A DNA stretch of 64,000 nt from Octopus bimaculoides. Lineage: Eukaryota. Under the pieces are notes generated by a model. The model saw only the letters and a program-made list of their open reading frames with translations. It was not told where the DNA came from and made no database searches. A program made the translations under genes and the position numbers. Below, in pieces: positions 63,441 through 64,000 of this stretch (positions within the stretch are counted from its first letter, which is position 1; each line of letters opens with the position of its first letter). The DNA lies in NCBI RefSeq assembly GCF_001194135.2, contig NC_068986.1:9446308-9510307 (forward strand). The letters are read 5' to 3'.

Positions 63441-64000
63441 TCATGCACCTCTATATATTTTACAAAAAGGCAGCAACTTTGAAGTTTCTACCTGATAACC
63501 TTTGTTGGACGGTTGTAAATTTGGGTTCCATGTTGCTTTATATATTCTTTGGCAAGTTGTTTTTCTAGGATAGGTGGAGCTATGTGAAATGGTAAGTAGG
63601 CTTGCTGTATGTATGGGGAGTAAATGTATAGTTAGGGGGTTGGGGTAGATGAGCCTGACACTTCTAAAATGGACCCCCCCCCGTGTACAAAGTTATTTCC
63701 ACACTTGACTGAACAATTATACAATTCCTGCTTCAAACCAAACAAAATCACCCAGCAATATCTTCCTACACCCTACAAATATACTTTCCTCCTATCCTCT
63801 TCTACCTTCCTTCCTATAATACATCCAGTGAAGGCTAGCAGGTGGAAACTTCAAAGTCACTGTCATCATTCTTCTTTTAATTTAAAAGTTTAACAAACAT
63901 ATATTACGGTGATGTACTTGCATAGCAAGTGACTTGATCTGAGATCATGTACTGAAACAAAAACAATTGCAGCGTGGAAGGTGTTTATAAGCCATTTAAA

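Noticed and set aside
63825-63858. ccagtgaaggctagcaggtggaaacttcaaagtc, similar in layout to the 26000 ribozyme
   Set aside because: Core broken, stem II unpaired and ACGT palindrome lost; at best a decayed relic.

Overview
AT-rich, microsatellite- and SINE-dense animal genomic DNA from a gapped short-read assembly (11 N-gaps, about 2.9 kb). The repeat types and (CA)n/(TA)n density suggest an octopod cephalopod; this is inference, not a database result. One spliced gene is recoverable on the + strand. Its well-supported exons are 15174-15282, 19157-19275, 21274-21417, 27125-27250 and 34059-34804 (all GT-AG, phases 1/2/1/1/1, no internal stop). It has a probable 15-nt microexon (9194-9208, containing an ATG) and candidate 30-nt (1399-1428) and 6-nt (12452-12457) in-frame microexons. 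From ATG 9196 the product is 418 aa: a winged-helix-like domain fused to a PNP_UDP_1/MTA-SAH-nucleosidase-fold domain. That domain resembles the type found at fungal NLR N-termini and in ATP-cleaving immune effectors (motifs ITAMYYE, VGVAGGVP..RLGDVVIS, VHYGVLGSG, FDTE, RGISDY..KNKEWQPYAALTAAA). The rest is transposon-derived: at least 3 tRNA-SINE families, RTE LINE remnants sharing a (GAT)n-tailed 3' module, RLE-type and CR1-type LINE fragments, and two Penelope-like fragments, one carrying a minimal dimer-type hammerhead ribozyme motif (26000-26036, minus strand). There is also an internally deleted mariner, a PIF1-bearing Helitron, hAT MITEs with 8-bp TSDs, TTAA MITEs and a 90-bp-arm inverted repeat (62582-62779). 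No rRNA, true tRNA or CRISPR array was found.
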